The translations under genes and the position numbers were made by a program. Below, piece after piece: positions 56,470 through 64,000 of a DNA stretch of 64,000 bases. The stretch spans positions 22,382,001 to 22,446,000 of the forward strand of contig CM022673.1 of NCBI GenBank assembly GCA_012295275.1, written 5' to 3'. The notes under the pieces are model-generated. The model searched no databases. It had not been told where the DNA came from and saw nothing but the letters and a program-made list of their open reading frames with translations. This DNA is from Chrysomallon squamiferum. Lineage: Eukaryota > Animalia > Mollusca. Positions within the stretch are counted from its first letter, which is position 1; the number at the start of each line of letters is the position of its first letter.

Positions 56470-58105
56470 CAATTTCCATCTTCTTTTTCTTTTTTAAAAA
56501 ACTGGTTGTTCCAGTAAGGCAGAACAAACGATCACAGATAAATGACTTGTGTAAAGGAAGTGCATTATCACTATTGTGATATCACTCTAATGATGTTTCA
56601 TTTCTTTTCTCCTTTAAAAGAAAGAAAAAGATTTGGATATTTATGTGTATTTATTCTCTGCTAAATCGTTGTTGTTGTTTTTAAAGTTGTAGCTATACGG
56701 TGTCTTGATACCGCCGGTCCTACTAAAGTTAATACATAATGTATTAACAGTATTTTAAAATAGACTTGGTCAGACAACTCGCCTAATAAATTGTCTACTA
56801 GGATATAGAACTTTTAAGTGTAATAAACGTAGGCACTTTTTAACTGGTTGATTAGTTGATCGGTTACAAAAATTATTTCATTTCATGACCAGTTTTCCGT
56901 GCTGGAACATTTTAAACCTGATTTAACAAAAATATTAGGCAAATAAATAAAAATTAAACAGGGTTTTAAAATTAAACCACTATATCAAACTTTATTTACT
57001 TATTTATTATTATTATTATTAAATATTTTTATAATTTTTGTATTTCCTTAAAATCACAGTCAACTAAAACTACATAGTCCGAACCACTATCTCATAAAAC
57101 TGATGATCAATCTCGCTGGCTCTCCATGTACATCTCCCGGGGCATAACCTCAAATGTTTGCCTAACTCTCCACCGAAACCGCATTACAAGAAATATATTT
57201 TACGAAAACTCATATGTCACACATATATGCGTAGCAATCTAATTCAGTAATGCGGTCCGGATTCGTTAGATTCTTTGCTTTGTTTACTGATTCCGTGTGT
57301 TATTTCTTATACCATCAGTTAAGTGGAAAGAGTAAGTTTCATGTTTCATTGGCATGCTTAATAAATATAATATGGGATCAGCAGTGTTGACTTCCTCATG
57401 AATTCGGCGGCCACTAATTGTCCGTTTTAATGGAATTTCACCAACACCCATAGCGCGGTGTTGACTTTCTAATTACAGTGCCCCTTGGATAATCAAGGGA
57501 AAATAACGACGAGCCAGTCATCACTTGTCTATTATAAATAATCATATTCTAACTGTGAGATGTCACTGAAAGAAATAATTATGTATTTTTAACATATAAT
57601 TTTTTTTCTTTAATAATTAGCATTATCTATAAAGCAAATAAATAAATTTCAACAAATTGAGGTGAATATAAAATTCGAAGACCGAATCCTTTAGGAATTA
57701 TTCCTCTAACATAATATTCATTATTTGTATTAAAATGTAAAGGGACAGCTGAAATTATTTTCATTATGGCCAGTTTATGAATTATCCTGAAAATAATGAT
57801 AAAACCTTAATGAAAATGTACCTTAATCATCACTGTCCTGTAGTTAAAACATGATACCTATGACGTCTGAACGTCACGTGTTCACCAACAGACTTCTTAG
57901 CGAAATTGTTTTTATTATTATTAACTTTGAAAACCATTTATTTATTTATTTATAGTCATGTTTCTTTGTTAATTTATTATGTATAAAAAAAGTAATTTCA
58001 AAAATAAAATATATTTATGTTTCGTGTATGTTTGTGTCTATGGTTGGGTGGGTGTGAATAATTCCGCCTACAATTTTACATTAAAAAAAATGATGGGGAA
58101 TAAGA

Positions 58106-58167
<62 letters not shown>

Positions 58168-58749
58168 AGGACATTCAAGACAAACATTCTTATTCGTCAT
58201 CACAAACGGGTAAATACATTAACTAAAAAATACGAGTTGATAAATATTAACTTGTTAATTCACACCAGATTACAAATATGTGTGTTATTTAATAACGTTA
58301 ACTAATATATTATTCTTTATTGTATATTGCAGGAACGTGAAAAAAGAGAGGAACTGTAAACACTATATTATATTAGTCTTTTGATGCGTATTTCTCTTTT
58401 ATGTGGAACATGATTCTTTGCGCTTGGGTAATTGATGTCTATCGCTGCAGATAATAAGCTGACTAATACACACGTGGTAACACCGGCCTGGCACAGAGTG
58501 CTGTTGACTCAGCTTAAATGAACTTCTCCGCACGCTTGTATTTCCGAGGCAGAGTGTTCACCTGAGAAGAAATTATTAAATTCTTCTCCGTTCGCCAGCA
58601 CAAAACTAATATGGCTCATCAACTAGGATATCCCTAGCTATGTATGTACTTTCTTCAGGAAAGTGTTTTGTTTCTTCGAAATGTATATAAAATAACTTTT
58701 TGCTGCAAATCTGTAAAATTAGTTAATAAAATCAGGCTAAGCAAATCCT

Positions 58750-59727
<978 letters not shown>

Positions 59728-60689
59728 ATTACTGCAAACTAACAGCCTCTGCATATCTCTTTATCTCAGTGTCTGTCTCTTAGTGGCTCTAGATAAACAA
59801 ACATATACATTATCTTTATGTGTATCATCTATTATGTATGTTCATTTACTCATAGTTATTACTGCTACTGCTGTTACCACGACTATTTTTATTATTACTA
59901 CTATAACCATCACTGCTACTAACACAAACACTAACACTAACACCTCTGTTACTCCTGCAACTGCTTCTACCACCACCCCTACTACTGCTACGACTACTAC
60001 TACTAGCAGTAGTGTGGAGTAGCAGTCGTAGTAGCAGTTCTTTATCTTTACGTTTATTTAAAGACACAATATTGATATCAAATATTAATTAGGTTCAACC
60101 TTCACCTTCAAATCTGACCTAAATGTAATCATGTTGTCCGATGCTTCCACTCAAACATTTGTTTAACGATTTCGGTTCTTCCAAATGCAACCGAAACATC
60201 ACTTTTTTGACGTCTTGTCTAGTTTTATTAGAGTCGAAAGACACTTTAGCTAACAAGATGCCTCAGTGCATTCATTGATTAAATATTCATCTGAGAATGT
60301 AATTTCGTATTTGCGGTCTGAACATCTCAAATATCTATCTAAGTTAATTATCATCTTCATGAATATTATTTGAATAAATTTTTCAGGTTATGTTTAGTAC
60401 TTCTAATACTTTTAACATCGCTGTAAAGAGATTAAATTAATTTATATTTATATCATAGTAAGTTATTCGTCTATATTTGAAGTATAGGTAAGCACATAAT
60501 GGTTTTTACTGTCATATAAAACATTGGTTCATAAGGAAGTAAATATGAAGACAAATTTGTGGACAGTCGTTTAAAAGAGAATTTGAAAGTTTCTTAAATT
60601 AAAGTTATCTGTAAAACTAAAAGTATAATAAAATCAGCACATAGCGTCGTATGTTACTGAACTAGGAACGAGAGACTGCTTCATTCTAC

Positions 60690-60920
60690 GTGTCTGCGTG
60701 TATTTGCGTGTCTTTGACTTTATGTGTGTGCGTCTTTGTATATATGTATCTGTGTGTGTGTCTCTGTGTGTACATCTTTGTATATATGTATCTGTGTACG
60801 TCTGTGTGTGTGCCTTTCCGTATGTGTGTCTGTGTGTGTCTCTATGTGTATGTGTCTGTGTGTATGTGTTTGTCATGTGTGTCTGTAATGTGTGTGTGTG
60901 TGTACGTATGTGTATTTGTG
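60690..60920. repeat. Degenerate (TG)n low-complexity tract
   Basis: TG/TA/TC-rich, with TCTTTGTATATATGTATCTGTG present twice. This is the source of several spurious ORFs. Confidence 0.85.
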
Positions 60921-60970
60921 GGAAAAGAAATGCGAGAAAGAAAGGAAGAATGAAATGAGCAAAATCTCAA

Positions 60971-61066
<96 letters not shown>

Positions 61067-63497
61067 TAATCCAGGGCTCAGACAAGGTTTAGTAATTGTT
61101 GTAACGTTATTTTACTAGACTATATTCTCTTGGGTAAATAAATAGAATATTCAACCCGCTGGCATTTACTTGTGAAATTTTACATTCCTTGTGTAATATT
61201 TTTCAAGTAAATTATCTAGATAAGCGTGATGGTAATGTAAGATGATCTTCTGTGGTGTGACATTGTTTTGTCATATTTTATATAAAAGAATGATAACTTG
61301 GAGATCGGGGAATTAAAGCAACAAAGTCTGCATGATTTAAACTTAGATAACAAAAACTATTTGAACTGTTAATATTTCACAGTTTCTTTCGATTGGTCTT
61401 TCTCTGCCTCTCAGCCCCGCTGTTCTTTTTATTTTTGTTTTATGTTTTGTTTGCACCTACTTTCTTGGTGTATATAAACTAGTTTTATGTTCGGTATGTA
61501 CTTAAACTGAACTACTTCGAGGTATGAATATATGTACGTAGTACGTCTGTATGTGTGCATGCGTATTTATGTGTAAACATATATCTAAAGCGACCATTCT
61601 TGCCAATACTTCAATAATGTATTTATCTTAACATTCAGTTTGTGATTCATTTATTTATTTCTGAACGGTATTAACTTTATTTTGTCTACAAAGAAAAAAC
61701 ACAATACGACTGGCAGAACCTATTTAACTGTCATACAGATTTTCCATGTTTTTATTTGACGAGTTCAAATTCATTGTTCATTAAAGCATTACGGATCGGA
61801 ACATAATAGTCACGAAAGTTTTTCACAAGTCAGAACATTCGTGAAGCTGATACCAAATACAGAGATGTATGAATATTTTAAAATCTGCCAACAATAAAAA
61901 GAACAACTTACTGATTTTTTTTTACATAAATGGCTTTCTTATTTTATAACAGAAAATGAATTTTTGGAATGTAAATTTTTATGGAGTATGTTGAATATGT
62001 AGAACAAAATGAGCTCAAACATTCTTGTTTTTATGCGGTAAAAAAGCTGCTTTGGGATTTATAAATATTCGTTGGTAGAAAAATATCGCATAAGTTTGCG
62101 AGAGAAAGAAGATGATGTCAAATGCAGATGTTTTTACTATTATTACAGAGCACTGATACAGAAAACATTACCCGTGAACCCAATTTCGTGCAAAATGTGT
62201 TTTCATGTCATAACCATTATTCAACAATCATTTGGAAATTTCTGATGGTGTCGGCATTATGGGCAGGCAAAATCAATAGTACGTTTTAAGCCACGTTGTT
62301 CAACAAATGCGTATAAGCGCTGTCGACCATCCGATTTATCACATTAACGCTCGTCATGCATTCGTGCGAGCAATTATCCAAGTCCGTGTGCATATTTCGA
62401 TTTAATAGAATTAGTTGGCTGCTCGGATTCATCTTCACTTGTAGAATATTTCCATTGGATAAGTGAAAAAAGTACGTGAAAGAGAACGAATTGAAGAATT
62501 ACTTTTGTTTGTTGAAAAGATTTTTGAATATCTATTAACGGACGATTTTTGTATGCTTCACTTTTTTACTTTTTTCTTGGAGTTATTGGTTAATGTGGTT
62601 ACGCTAGAAAAAAGCTTAAAAGTTGTTGAGAAAATCAGTTTTCACGTGTGAGGAGAAGAAAAAACTGCGGTGCTAACCAAATTTGTTCTAAGTATTGTCT
62701 GATTTTAGTCTGGATTTGGGACTGGAATTTTTTTTATTATTATGATTTATTTTATTTTTGAAGACGATTAGTTACTTGAAAAATTATGAAGATTATTGTC
62801 AAATATATTTTACATGAAAAATTTCAAGATTTGTCTTCGACTCGAACACGAGTCTAAAGTATTACTTATAACTATTTTGTGGTTTTCATTCAAGGAAAAC
62901 GAGGTTACGTCGAAGTTAGATTCTAGGATTCTTGATAATTACTTAGGAACATAATGTAATTGTAGCTTGTTTTATTTCTTACTAAGAAGTGTAGGACAAA
63001 CTCGAAAAATCAAAGTGACTATCAACAAGTGTAAAGCAAAAATATAAAAGAAACAACATCAAGTAAACACGCAAACAAAAATCAAATGCAGAACTAAAAC
63101 AAAAATATTTTTCCTTAATGATCCATGTTTATAGAGAAAGTTGGCGGGATGATATTTTCCCCACCACTGTAGAGGTTTAACAGTTTTCTCATTTATTTTA
63201 CTTCCTTAGACATTTCTACCACGCGGCTGTTCTTCGATAAATTCTCAGACTATTTATTTTTAGCCCTGTGTAGCTGATGGTCTCGACTAATCTAACATTA
63301 ATCTGGTAACACTAGGAGTTAAATGCTAGTTTAAAACTGAATATTTGGTTGATGTGGTATTAATAACAGTATGCAGAGTCATCAGACATCTCCATATCTT
63401 GTGTTTTCTGTACACAGAAATTACTTCTCGCCTCGACACCTTCTTCACCTGTGATGTAAGTCGTTTATAGTTCGAATTTAAAAGTAAGATCTGAAGT

Positions 63498-63587
<90 letters not shown>

Positions 63588-63712
63588 GTGTGTGTATATT
63601 TATGATAAAATAATCAAGAACTTTTTTTGTCTTTCTATATATTATAGGCAGTGTTGTTGGAACATTTATACATTATTTGTTTTAAAAGATCACAGCAGAC
63701 TATTTTAGAATA

Positions 63713-63743
<31 letters not shown>

Positions 63744-64000
63744 TTTTTTAATTTATCATTCTTTTGACAAAACAGCGCAAAAAGAGAAAAGAAATATTTT
63801 TGGATGACGTCATATGATGTGAATGGCAGATGGTCGGATTACAGGGTTTGACACTAAGCTGAATATTATTGTATGTTAATATTGTACGAATTATTGTTAA
63901 GTGAATAGTACGGCCACCTGTACAAATGCTAAAATCTATTCTAGTTTATTTTTAAATTTTAAATTTTATTTATTAATAATGTTGTTTCTTTTGTACATAT

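Overview
AT-rich, microsatellite-dense eukaryotic (animal) genomic DNA with GT-AG spliced genes. The composition and gene content suggest a mollusc or other lophotrochozoan (inference only). I could splice three genes by hand. (1) The 5' part of a minus-strand secreted protein with signal peptide, PAN/apple-like and EGF-like domains (1398 to 18, running off the left edge). (2) A complete 10-exon membrane dipeptidase (M19/DPEP family, + strand, 4895-10256, 446 aa) with an N-terminal transmembrane anchor, no GPI tail, and Asn in place of the catalytic Asp. (3) A complete 15-exon sterol O-acyltransferase (SOAT/ACAT, - strand, 26808-16839, about 530 aa). About 1.2 kb upstream of SOAT sits a 3058-bp internally deleted Academ-type DNA transposon (TAGT...ACTA ends, TTC target-site duplication, about 430-bp inverted repeats, XPG-like and Cys-cluster remnants). 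In the last 33 kb I found no recognisable coding exon. That region holds promoter/enhancer-like patches and a ~0.93-kb inverted duplication (52900-53832 / 58750-59727) bracketing a 4.9-kb spacer, each arm bounded by (CT)n and (GA)n tracts. Most short ORFs in the supplied track are microsatellite or antisense artefacts. I see no clear-cut new biological system. The best leads are the Asp-to-Asn dipeptidase, the inverted duplication and the duplicated splice-donor array.
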